A stretch of 64,000 bases of DNA from Escherichia coli (GCF_036507355.1 NZ_AP027877.1), one strand, 5' to 3'. Shown: positions 1-8,945, counted from the first letter of the stretch. Translations and numbers: made by a program. The notes: a model not told the origin generated them from the sequence alone.

Positions 1-42
1 CCTCGACGAACACCAAAAAATGACCAGCGGTAAATAATTCGC

Positions 43-1776
43 GTGAAACAACAGATACAACTTCGTCGCCGTGAAGTCGATGAAACGGCAGACTTGCCCG
101 CTGAATTGCCTCCCTTGCTGCGCCGTTTATACGCCAGCCGAGGAGTACGCAGTGCGCAAGAACTGGAACGCAGTGTTAAAGGTATGTTGCCCTGGCAGCA
201 ACTGAGCGGCGTCGAAAAGGCCGTTGAGATCCTTTACAACGCTTTTCGCGAAGGAACGCGGATTATTGTGGTCGGTGATTTCGACGCTGACGGTGCCACC
301 AGCACGGCTCTAAGCGTGCTGGCGATGCGCTCGCTTGGTTGCAGCAATATCGACTACCTGGTACCAAACCGTTTCGAAGACGGTTACGGCTTAAGCCCGG
401 AAGTGGTCGATCAGGCCCATGCCCGTGGCGCGCAGTTAATTGTCACGGTGGATAACGGTATTTCCTCCCATGCGGGGGTTGAGCACGCTCGCTCGTTGGG
501 CATCCCGGTTATTGTTACCGATCACCATTTGCCGGGCGACACATTACCCGCAGCGGAAGCGATCATTAACCCTAACTTGCGCGACTGTAATTTCCCGTCG
601 AAATCACTGGCAGGCGTGGGTGTGGCGTTTTATCTGATGCTGGCGCTGCGCACCTTTTTGCGCGATCAGGGCTGGTTTGATGAGCGTAACATCGCAATTC
701 CTAACCTGGCAGAACTGCTGGATCTGGTCGCGCTGGGGACAGTAGCGGACGTCGTGCCGCTGGACGCTAATAATCGCATTCTGACCTGGCAGGGGATGAG
801 TCGCATCCGTGCCGGAAAGTGCCGTCCGGGGATTAAAGCGCTGCTGGAAGTGGCAAACCGTGATGCACAAAAACTCGCCGCCAGCGATTTAGGTTTTGCG
901 CTGGGGCCACGTCTCAATGCTGCCGGGCGACTGGACGATATGTCCGTCGGTGTGGCGCTGTTGTTGTGCGACAACATCGGCGAAGCGCGCGTGCTGGCAA
1001 ATGAACTCGATGCGCTAAACCAGACGCGAAAAGAGATCGAACAAGGAATGCAAATTGAAGCCCTGACCCTGTGCGAGAAACTGGAGCGCAGCCGCGACAC
1101 GCTACCCGGCGGGCTGGCAATGTATCACCCCGAATGGCATCAGGGCGTTGTCGGTATTCTGGCTTCGCGCATCAAAGAGCGTTTTCACCGTCCGGTTATC
1201 GCCTTTGCGCCAGCAGGTGATGGTACGCTGAAAGGTTCAGGTCGCTCCATTCAGGGGCTGCATATGCGTGATGCACTGGAGCGATTAGACACACTCTACC
1301 CTGGCATGATGCTGAAGTTTGGCGGTCATGCGATGGCGGCGGGTTTGTCGCTGGAAGAGGATAAATTCGAACTCTTTCAACAACGGTTTGGCGAACTGGT
1401 TACTGAGTGGCTGGACCCTTCGCTATTGCAAGGCGAAGTGGTGTCAGACGGTCCGTTAAGTCCAGCCGAAATGACCATGGAAGTGGCGCAGCTGCTGCGC
1501 GATGCTGGCCCGTGGGGGCAGATGTTCCCGGAGCCGCTGTTTGACGGTCATTTCCGTCTGCTGCAACAGCGGCTGGTGGGCGAACGTCATTTGAAAGTCA
1601 TGGTCGAACCGGTCGGCGGCGGTCCGCTGCTGGATGGTATTGCTTTTAATGTCGATACCGCCCTCTGGCCGGATAACGGCGTGCGCGAAGTGCAACTGGC
1701 TTACAAGCTCGATATCAACGAGTTTCGCGGCAACCGCAGCCTGCAAATTATCATCGACAATATCTGGCCAATTTAG
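43..1776 (+). CDS. recJ: single-stranded-DNA-specific exonuclease RecJ
   Basis: 577-aa ORF with DHH-family motifs (VGDFDADGATS, DHH); full-length enterobacterial RecJ-like sequence; recJ-prfB-lysS synteny. Confidence 0.95.
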   Translation: MKQQIQLRRREVDETADLPAELPPLLRRLYASRGVRSAQELERSVKGMLPWQQLSGVEKAVEILYNAFREGTRIIVVGDFDADGATSTALSVLAMRSLGCSNIDYLVPNRFEDGYGLSPEVVDQAHARGAQLIVTVDNGISSHAGVEHARSLGIPVIVTDHHLPGDTLPAAEAIINPNLRDCNFPSKSLAGVGVAFYLMLALRTFLRDQGWFDERNIAIPNLAELLDLVALGTVADVVPLDANNRILTWQGMSRIRAGKCRPGIKALLEVANRDAQKLAASDLGFALGPRLNAAGRLDDMSVGVALLLCDNIGEARVLANELDALNQTRKEIEQGMQIEALTLCEKLERSRDTLPGGLAMYHPEWHQGVVGILASRIKERFHRPVIAFAPAGDGTLKGSGRSIQGLHMRDALERLDTLYPGMMLKFGGHAMAAGLSLEEDKFELFQQRFGELVTEWLDPSLLQGEVVSDGPLSPAEMTMEVAQLLRDAGPWGQMFPEPLFDGHFRLLQQRLVGERHLKVMVEPVGGGPLLDGIAFNVDTALWPDNGVREVQLAYKLDINEFRGNRSLQIIIDNIWPI

Positions 1777-1866
1777 CGTCATCTTCTCTATAAAAAAGAG
1801 CGTGGATTGGGTACAATCCCGCTCTTATCACCGCATTTTGACTAGCTCAATAAAAGAAATCAGACC

Positions 1867-2965
1867 ATGTTTGAAATTAATCCGGTAAATAATCGCATTC
1901 AGGACCTCACGGAACGCTCCGACGTTCTTAGGGGGTATCTTTGACTACGACGCCAAGAAAGAGCGTCTGGAAGAAGTAAACGCCGAGCTGGAACAGCCGG
2001 ATGTCTGGAACGAACCCGAACGCGCACAGGCGCTGGGTAAAGAGCGTTCCTCCCTCGAAGCCGTTGTCGACACCCTCGACCAAATGAAACAGGGGCTGGA
2101 AGATGTTTCTGGTCTGCTGGAACTGGCTGTAGAAGCTGACGACGAAGAAACCTTTAACGAAGCCGTTGCTGAACTCGACGCCCTGGAAGAAAAACTGGCG
2201 CAGCTTGAGTTCCGCCGTATGTTCTCTGGCGAATATGACAGCGCCGACTGCTACCTCGATATTCAGGCAGGGTCTGGCGGTACGGAAGCACAGGACTGGG
2301 CGAGCATGCTTGAGCGTATGTATCTGCGCTGGGCAGAATCGCGTGGTTTCAAAACTGAAATCATCGAAGAGTCGGAAGGTGAAGTGGCGGGTATTAAATC
2401 CGTGACTATCAAAATCTCCGGCGATTACGCTTACGGCTGGCTGCGTACAGAAACCGGCGTTCACCGCCTGGTGCGTAAAAGCCCGTTTGACTCCGGCGGT
2501 CGTCGCCACACGTCGTTCAGCTCCGCGTTTGTTTATCCGGAAGTTGATGATGATATTGATATCGAAATCAACCCGGCGGATCTGCGCATTGACGTTTATC
2601 GCGCGTCCGGCGCGGGCGGTCAGCACGTTAACCGTACCGAATCTGCGGTGCGTATTACCCACATCCCGACCGGGATCGTGACCCAGTGCCAGAACGACCG
2701 TTCCCAGCACAAGAACAAAGACCAGGCCATGAAGCAGATGAAAGCGAAGCTTTATGAACTGGAGATGCAGAAGAAAAATGCCGAGAAACAGGCGATGGAA
2801 GATAACAAATCCGACATCGGCTGGGGCAGCCAGATTCGTTCTTATGTCCTTGATGACTCCCGCATTAAAGATCTGCGCACTGGGGTAGAAACCCGCAACA
2901 CGCAGGCCGTGCTGGACGGCAGCCTGGATCAATTTATCGAAGCAAGTTTGAAAGCAGGGTTATGA
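1867..2965 (+). CDS. prfB: peptide chain release factor 2, programmed +1 frameshift
   Basis: ATG at 1867 gives [25 protein letters not shown], then in-frame UGA at 1942-1944 in the context AGGGGGUAUCUUUGAC; +1 frame from 1943 continues to the stop at 2965 with GGQ motif (SGAGGQHVN). Confidence 0.93.
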
Positions 2966-2974
2966 GGAACCAAC

Positions 2975-4492
2975 ATGTCTGAACAACACGCACAGGGCGC
3001 TGACGCGGTAGTCGATCTTAACAATGAACTGAAAACGCGTCGTGAGAAGCTGGCGAACCTGCGCGAGCAGGGGATTGCCTTCCCGAACGATTTCCGTCGC
3101 GATCATACCTCTGACCAATTGCACGCAGAATTCGACGGTAAAGAGAACGAAGAACTGGAAGCGCTGAATATCGAAGTCGCCGTTGCTGGCCGCATGATGA
3201 CCCGCCGTATTATGGGTAAAGCGTCTTTCGTTACCCTGCAGGATGTGGGTGGCCGCATTCAGCTGTACGTTGCCCGTGACGATCTGCCGGAAGGCGTTTA
3301 CAACGAGCAGTTCAAAAAATGGGACCTCGGCGACATCCTCGGCGCGAAAGGTAAACTGTTCAAAACCAAAACCGGCGAACTGTCTATCCACTGTACCGAG
3401 CTGCGTCTGCTGACCAAAGCACTGCGTCCGCTGCCGGATAAATTCCACGGCTTGCAGGATCAGGAAGCGCGCTATCGTCAGCGTTATCTGGATCTCATCT
3501 CTAACGATGAATCCCGTAACACCTTTAAAGTGCGCTCGCAGATCCTCTCTGGTATTCGCCAGTTCATGGTGAACCGCGGCTTTATGGAAGTTGAAACGCC
3601 GATGATGCAGGTGATCCCAGGCGGTGCCGCTGCGCGTCCGTTTATCACCCACCATAACGCGCTGGATCTCGACATGTACCTGCGTATCGCGCCGGAACTG
3701 TACCTCAAGCGTCTGGTGGTCGGTGGCTTCGAGCGTGTATTCGAAATCAACCGTAACTTCCGTAACGAAGGTATCTCCGTACGTCATAACCCAGAGTTCA
3801 CCATGATGGAACTCTACATGGCTTACGCAGATTACAAAGATCTGATCGAGCTGACCGAATCGCTGTTCCGTACTCTGGCACAGGATATTCTCGGTAAGAC
3901 GGAAGTGACCTACGGCGACGTGACGCTGGACTTCGGTAAACCGTTCGAAAAACTGACCATGCGAGAAGCGATCAAGAAATATCGCCCGGAAACCGACATG
4001 GCGGATCTGGATAACTTCGACTCTGCGAAAGCGATTGCTGAATCTATCGGTATCCACGTTGAGAAGAGCTGGGGTCTGGGCCGTATCGTTACCGAGATCT
4101 TCGAAGAAGTGGCAGAAGCACATCTGATTCAGCCGACCTTCATTACTGAATATCCGGCAGAAGTTTCTCCGCTGGCGCGTCGTAACGACATTAACCCGGA
4201 AATCACAGACCGCTTTGAGTTCTTCATTGGTGGTCGTGAAATCGGTAACGGCTTTAGCGAGCTGAATGACGCGGAAGATCAGGCGCAGCGCTTCCTGGAT
4301 CAGGTTGCCGCGAAAGATGCAGGTGACGACGAAGCGATGTTCTACGATGAAGATTACGTTACCGCACTGGAACATGGCTTACCGCCGACAGCAGGTCTGG
4401 GGATTGGCATCGACCGTATGGTAATGCTGTTCACCAACAGCCATACCATCCGCGACGTTATTCTGTTCCCGGCGATGCGTCCGGTGAAATAA
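2975..4492 (+). CDS. lysS: lysine--tRNA ligase
   Basis: 505-aa ORF, class II aaRS; typical LysS N-terminus [33 protein letters not shown]. Confidence 0.95.
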   Translation: MSEQHAQGADAVVDLNNELKTRREKLANLREQGIAFPNDFRRDHTSDQLHAEFDGKENEELEALNIEVAVAGRMMTRRIMGKASFVTLQDVGGRIQLYVARDDLPEGVYNEQFKKWDLGDILGAKGKLFKTKTGELSIHCTELRLLTKALRPLPDKFHGLQDQEARYRQRYLDLISNDESRNTFKVRSQILSGIRQFMVNRGFMEVETPMMQVIPGGAAARPFITHHNALDLDMYLRIAPELYLKRLVVGGFERVFEINRNFRNEGISVRHNPEFTMMELYMAYADYKDLIELTESLFRTLAQDILGKTEVTYGDVTLDFGKPFEKLTMREAIKKYRPETDMADLDNFDSAKAIAESIGIHVEKSWGLGRIVTEIFEEVAEAHLIQPTFITEYPAEVSPLARRNDINPEITDRFEFFIGGREIGNGFSELNDAEDQAQRFLDQVAAKDAGDDEAMFYDEDYVTALEHGLPPTAGLGIGIDRMVMLFTNSHTIRDVILFPAMRPVK

Positions 4493-4512
4493 GCATTACG
4501 TTATGCTCACAA

Positions 4513-4535
4513 CCCCGGCAAATGTCGGGGTTTTT
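4513..4535 (+). terminator. intrinsic terminator after lysS
   Basis: CCCCGGCAAATGTCGGGG hairpin followed by a T-run, ending directly at the IS1 terminus. Confidence 0.6.
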
Positions 4536-4550
4536 GGTAATGACTCCAAC

Positions 4551-5054
4551 TTATTGATAGTGTTTTATGTTCAGATAATGCCCGATGACTTTGTCATGCA
4601 GCTCCACCGATTTTGAGAACGACAGCGACTTCCGTCCCAGCCGTGCCAGGTGCTGCCTCAGATTCAGGTTATGCCGCTCAATTCGCTGCGTATATCGCTT
4701 GCTGATTACGTGCAGCTTTCCCTTCAGGCGGGATTCATACAGCGGCCAGCCATCCGTCATCCATATCACCACGTCAAAGGGTGACAGCAGGCTCATAAGA
4801 CGCCCCAGCGTCGCCATCGTGCGTTCACCGAATACGTGCGCAACAACCGTCTTCCGGAGCCTGTCATACGCGTAAAACAGCCAGCGCTGGCGCGATTTAG
4901 CCCCGACATAGCCCCACTGTTCGTCCATTTCCGCGCAGACGATGACGTCACTGCCCGGCTGTATGCGCGAGGTTACCGACTGCGGCCTGAGTTTTTTAAG
5001 TGACGTAAAATCGTGTTGAGGCCAACGCCCATAATGCGGGCTGTTGCCCGGCAT
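4551..5054 (-). CDS. insB: IS1 InsB (transposase frame, normally expressed as InsAB by -1 frameshift)
   Basis: 167-aa ORF overlapping the insA 3' end in the -1 frame; canonical IS1 InsB sequence. Confidence 0.9.
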
Positions 5055-5248
5055 CCAACGCCATTCATGGCCATATCAATGATTTTCTGGTGCGTACCGG
5101 GTTGAGAAGCGGTGTAAGTGAACTGCAGTTGCCATGTTTTACGGCAGTGAGAGCAGAGATAGCGCTGATGTCCGGCGGTGCTTTTGCCGTTACGCACCAC
5201 CCCGTCAGTAGCTGAACAGGAGGGACAGCTGATAGAAACAGAAGCCAC
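4973..5248 (-). CDS. insA: IS1 InsA
   Basis: 91-aa [46 protein letters not shown], the canonical IS1 InsA. Confidence 0.95.
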
Positions 5249-5504
5249 TGGAGCACCTCAAAAACACCATCATACACTAAATCAGTAAGTTGGCAGCATC
5301 ACCCGCATCAGGATGGGAAATAGGGTAAAAAAGTAAGGAACTTCGATACCTCTACTACAGTGAATATTTTGCTGATGATACTTCCCTTTGCCAAATGAAA
5401 TTAACCTCTTTCTCTATTACCGCGTTTTTCCAGAAGCAAGAGATTGGGTATCAAGAGGCTGGCTGCTATGATATGGCGTCTTGTTTTTTAAGCGAGGAAA
5501 GATT

Positions 5505-6260
5505 TTGAGTGCGGGACGCCTGAATAAAAAATCTCTGGGTATCGTGATGTTGTTATCGGTTGGACTGCTTTTGGCGGGCTGTTCGGGTAGCAAATCATCC
5601 GATACAGGAACGTATTCCGGCTCCGTTTACACCGTGAAACGGGGGGATACGCTATATCGTATTTCGCGCACCACGGGAACCAGCGTAAAAGAACTGGCGC
5701 GACTGAACGGCATTTCCCCCCCTTACACTATTGAAGTAGGTCAGAAACTAAAACTGGGTGGGGCGAAAAGTAGCAGTAGTACACGTAAATCAACCGCCAA
5801 ATCAACGACTAAAACCGCATCGGTTACACCGTCATCAGCGGTACCGAAATCTTCCTGGCCGCCAGTAGGGCAACGTTGTTGGTTATGGCCAACGACAGGG
5901 AAAGTTATCATGCCGTATTCGACAGCAGATGGCGGCAATAAAGGGATTGATATCTCAGCTCCACGGGGTACACCTATTTACGCCGCGGGTGCAGGAAAGG
6001 TGGTGTATGTGGGCAACCAGCTGCGTGGCTACGGTAATCTCATCATGATTAAACACAGTGAAGATTACATTACGGCTTACGCCCATAATGACACGATGCT
6101 GGTAAATAATGGGCAAAGCGTGAGGGCTGGGCAAAAAATCGCCACCATGGGGAGCACGGATGCGGCATCTGTTCGCCTGCATTTCCAGATTCGTTACCGT
6201 GCAACGGCAATTGATCCGCTACGTTACTTGCCGCCGCAGGGCAGCAAGCCAAAATGCTGA
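5505..6260 (+). CDS. ygeR: LysM/peptidase M23 lipoprotein YgeR
   Basis: Probable TTG start at 5505 preceded by GAGGA (the track ORF starts at an upstream ATG at 5481); lipobox LLAGC, LysM segment (YTVKRGDTLYRISR) and C-terminal M23 domain; located immediately upstream of glyU. Confidence 0.85.
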   Translation: MSAGRLNKKSLGIVMLLSVGLLLAGCSGSKSSDTGTYSGSVYTVKRGDTLYRISRTTGTSVKELARLNGISPPYTIEVGQKLKLGGAKSSSSTRKSTAKSTTKTASVTPSSAVPKSSWPPVGQRCWLWPTTGKVIMPYSTADGGNKGIDISAPRGTPIYAAGAGKVVYVGNQLRGYGNLIMIKHSEDYITAYAHNDTMLVNNGQSVRAGQKIATMGSTDAASVRLHFQIRYRATAIDPLRYLPPQGSKPKC

Positions 6261-6338
6261 TGGCGAATTAATCAGCAGTCAGCAGCGCGGCACTTGCTAA
6301 GGAGAGCGTAAGGTTTATAATGCCTTACGCATCTCGAA

Positions 6339-6412
6339 GCGGGCGTAGTTCAATGGTAGAACGAGAGCTTCCCAAGCTCTATACGAGGGTTCGATTCCCT
6401 TCGCCCGCTCCA
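6339..6412 (+). tRNA. glyU: tRNA-Gly (anticodon CCC)
   Basis: 74-nt sequence GCGGGCGTAGTTCAATGGTAGAACGAGAGCTTCCCAAGCTCTATACGAGGGTTCGATTCCCTTCGCCCGCTCCA with cloverleaf and CCC anticodon. Confidence 0.97.
6390..6412 (+). repeat. attL core: 3' end of glyU (23 bp), direct repeat of 10585-10607
   Basis: TTCGATTCCCTTCGCCCGCTCCA occurs identically at 6390-6412 and 10585-10607. Confidence 0.85.
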
Positions 6413-6546
6413 TGACCTTTCTTAAAGTACTCCAACCTACTGAATCCTAAGGGATACGGCTTTAAGCCTTCCGCTAGTTTTACTCACTGTAACCAACACT
6501 GTAACTAAATTTGTTGAAATAGTGAGCAGACTTAAGATCTCAGTAC

Positions 6547-8178
6547 ATGCTCAACTCAAAAACCTATCTTTATCAGCGCAATGGCGTCTTTTATATCCGC
6601 CTCAGGATGAAGTCCACAGATCGCCTGACCGTTTCACATCCTTCCCATAGCCGTTATAAAATAGCGTCAGTATCACTACGGACTAAGGATAGACGTACAG
6701 CTATGGCTTACTCACGGCAAATCAAGGCAGCACTTAGGGCAATCCATGCAGACAGACCCAACGCCTCCTATGAGGAAATGAGGGAACACCTGAGGGACAT
6801 CGCAGAGTGGGAGTTGTCTACAGGTCGTTCAGACCTCTTCGAGCCAGATATGAGAGATCTATACCGTGACCAGTATGGGGAAGTGGGAGAGAATCTTGTC
6901 CATGCTCTGGCAAGCGAGCCACTGACTATTGACCAGCATCGCTATATTAATGAGGCTCTTAATGTACTCAAGGCCTGCATGAAGCGCATTGAAGCGGGAG
7001 ATAGCCAGCCACTTATAGATTATATAGATGGATTTGATGCTGCTGCTGGGGCTAATGGCCAAGCCTCTGCAACTCTATCTGTTAGTGCTCCCCAAAAAAC
7101 AAGCATTACTGAAGGCAAACACTGCGTAACCGTTGCTTCTCTCTTTGAGCAGTACGAGCAGGAAAACGCCCAGAACTGGAAGCCAGCAACATTACGAGAA
7201 AACAAAGCTTCTCATGCTGCGTTAATCGAAGTTTTTGATTATCTGGGCCTCAATGCTGACGCCAATGTGTTAGCTCGTGCGGATATGCTTAGGGTTCGGG
7301 ATATCCTCCAGCAATTGCCGAAGAATCGTAAGCAGCGTTTCAAAGATGTTCCGTTGGTTGACCTGCTAGGTCGTGAGGATAAAACCGATTGTCTGGATAT
7401 TGTTACCATCAATAATAAATATCTCATTAAGATGGCGGCTGTTTTCAAGTGGGCCGTGCGTAATGACCTGATTAAAAAGAATATGACAGAAGGGCTAGAG
7501 CTTAAGGTTCCCCAGCGTAAAGCCTCTGAGGCGCGTAATGCTTTCTCTACGGAGCAGGTAGGACAACTACTGGCTGCCGCCCAAGTTTACTCACAGAGAC
7601 CTTCTGGTAAGCCGTATCATTATTATGTTACCGCCTTGGCTGCTATCACTGGGGCGAGACTCAATGAAATAGCCCAACTACAGGTCAAAGACGTCAGGAC
7701 CACTGAGGCGGGAACCGTTTATATTCATATCAATGAAGACGATAGTAGTCTACCCGGTAAGAGCATCAAGAACGCTCATAGTGACCGCTGTGTGCCTCTG
7801 GTCGATGGGGCCTATGGTTTTATATTGGCTGACTTTATGAGGTTGGTTGAGACCCGTAGAGGCGCTGATGGTGATGACGCTATGGTGTTCGATGGTCTTC
7901 GCCTCATGAAGAACGGTTACGGTGAGCAGGTGAGTAAATGGTTTAATCGGACGTTGTTGCCTAAAGTCCTCGCAGACCGTAGCGGCTTAGCGTTTCACTC
8001 GTTTAGACATACAGTTGCGACCCAGTTAAAACAACATGGGGTCGAGTTGGCGTATGCACAGGCGATCATGGGGCATAGTTCAGGGTCTATTACTTACGAC
8101 CGTTATGCTAAAGAGGTTGAGGTTGATAGACTGGTCAATGTGATGGCTGATGTTTATAAGGAGGTTGTGGCCCCTTAA
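6547..8178 (+). CDS. tyrosine-type integrase (543 aa, extended N-terminal region)
   Basis: C-terminal catalytic motifs ARLNEI (Arg), HSFRHTVAT (H-x-x-R), GHSSGSITYDRYAK (Tyr); first gene after the tRNA att core. Confidence 0.85.
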   Translation: MLNSKTYLYQRNGVFYIRLRMKSTDRLTVSHPSHSRYKIASVSLRTKDRRTAMAYSRQIKAALRAIHADRPNASYEEMREHLRDIAEWELSTGRSDLFEPDMRDLYRDQYGEVGENLVHALASEPLTIDQHRYINEALNVLKACMKRIEAGDSQPLIDYIDGFDAAAGANGQASATLSVSAPQKTSITEGKHCVTVASLFEQYEQENAQNWKPATLRENKASHAALIEVFDYLGLNADANVLARADMLRVRDILQQLPKNRKQRFKDVPLVDLLGREDKTDCLDIVTINNKYLIKMAAVFKWAVRNDLIKKNMTEGLELKVPQRKASEARNAFSTEQVGQLLAAAQVYSQRPSGKPYHYYVTALAAITGARLNEIAQLQVKDVRTTEAGTVYIHINEDDSSLPGKSIKNAHSDRCVPLVDGAYGFILADFMRLVETRRGADGDDAMVFDGLRLMKNGYGEQVSKWFNRTLLPKVLADRSGLAFHSFRHTVATQLKQHGVELAYAQAIMGHSSGSITYDRYAKEVEVDRLVNVMADVYKEVVAP

Positions 8179-8179
8179 G

Positions 8180-8234
8180 GATGACCATAGGCGATGACCA
8201 TAGGCGATGACCATAGGCGATGACACTTGCTACT
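8180..8234 (+). repeat. tandem 13-bp iterons (GATGACCATAGGC x3 plus a variant GATGACACTTGCTACT)
   Basis: Three perfect head-to-tail copies starting one base after the integrase stop; the variant unit recurs at about 8391-8410. Confidence 0.8.
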
Positions 8235-8293
8235 ATTCCTATGGTCCCCTTTGTGGTCCTATGTGGTCCTGTGTGACCCTTTGTGTGGTCATG
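8235..8293 (+). repeat. cluster of TGGTCC/TGTGGTC short repeats
   Basis: ATTCCTATGGTCCCCTTTGTGGTCCTATGTGGTCCTGTGTGACCCTTTGTGTGGTCATG: about five degenerate copies of one motif. Confidence 0.7.
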
Positions 8294-8330
8294 TTTTGAC
8301 TCATAGTTTTCACTACTTGTCAAGCATATT

Positions 8331-8353
8331 TAATACGACTCACTATAGGGAGA
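8331..8353 (+). promoter_or_regulatory. bacteriophage T7 RNA polymerase promoter (exact 23-bp class III consensus)
   Basis: TAATACGACTCACTATAGGGAGA read directly, predicted +1 G at 8348; followed by a TCTCTCTCTGTCTCTCTC tract. Confidence 0.85.
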
Positions 8354-8584
8354 AGGGACACAAAAAGTTTTCTCTCTCTGTCTCTCTCTATGATGACACT
8401 TGCTACTACTTCAGGTAGCTTTAACTCTAACCGTAACTTATCGCATCCTTTCAGGGGCGGGATGACCAATTACAGACACCAAGCGTTCTACTTAAAATGA
8501 ATGCTTCCTGTGTGCTCTGGGTCAGTCGATAAGTGAATAGCCTTAGACATCATATTAATTATGGTCTCTAACCCCTACAGGGGC

Positions 8585-8729
8585 TTAACTTTAAGTATTA
8601 ACTTATAGTCTACTTAAAGACACAATTAAAGATTAACTTAAAGTATTAAATTATAGATTAATTAAAGACCAATTAAAGAGTAACTTTAAGTATTAACTTA
8701 TAGTCTACTTAAAGACACAATTAAAGATT
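8585..8729 (+). repeat. AT-rich iteron array with two ~48-bp direct repeats (TTAAAGA/TTAAAGAC units)
   Basis: AACTTTAAGTATTAACTTATAGTCTACTTAAAGACACAATTAAAGATT at about 8587-8634 and 8682-8729; preceded by CCCCTACAGGGG at about 8570. Confidence 0.8.
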
Positions 8730-8920
8730 GACTCTAAGGGAATACCTTAAGAGGTGATGATATTCATAATAATCAATCACCAAACCTATAGGTCTCCTCA
8801 AGGCATTACCCAGAAGCTAACTGTATGGCCCTGTATGGTCCTGTACGCCATTCTTTAGGATGCCATGTAGTTTCGTATGGCCTGATGCCTAGCGTGGCTC
8901 AGAGACCCTCCCAGTAGTAA

Positions 8921-8945
8921 ATCAATACGACTTACTAATAGGAGA
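8921..8945 (+). promoter_or_regulatory. degenerate T7-like promoter (putative)
   Basis: CAATACGACTTACTAATAGGAGACA: 18 of 23 positions match the T7 consensus, same orientation, about 230 bp upstream of the 9158 ORF. Confidence 0.45.

Larger units (their letters stand above)
4536..5303 (-). mobile_element. insertion sequence IS1 (768 bp)
   Basis: Terminal inverted repeats GGTAATGACTCCAACTTATTGAT (4536-) and ATCAGTAAGTTGGCAGCATCACC (-5303); contains insA and insB; flanking 9-mers differ, so no target-site duplication. Confidence 0.95.

Noticed and set aside
440-1782. Several 60-144-aa ORFs inside recJ on both strands (for example 666-1100 minus, 1456-1782 minus)
   Set aside because: They lie entirely within a well-supported long gene, have skewed composition (Ser/Arg/Ala-rich) and no start context; shadow ORFs
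2084-2965. Track ORF 2084-2965 as a separate gene
   Set aside because: It is the +1 frame of prfB downstream of the programmed frameshift, not an independent gene
2960-4375. 471-aa minus-strand ORF antisense to lysS, and the 334-aa minus-strand ORF (1928-2932) antisense to prfB
   Set aside because: Long antisense ORFs are common in high-GC, codon-biased genes; the plus-strand products are unambiguous LysS and RF2
8331-8353. T7 promoter as a laboratory vector remnant (pET-like cassette)
   Set aside because: No lac operator, RBS/tag, terminator cassette or resistance marker nearby; the promoter is embedded in phage-like iterons inside a tRNA-integrated element with its own integrase. Contamination or chimeric assembly cannot be excluded from sequence alone
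8560-8760. Repeat array as a CRISPR locus
   Set aside because: Units are irregular, extremely AT-rich and lack constant repeat/spacer periodicity; no cas genes in the window
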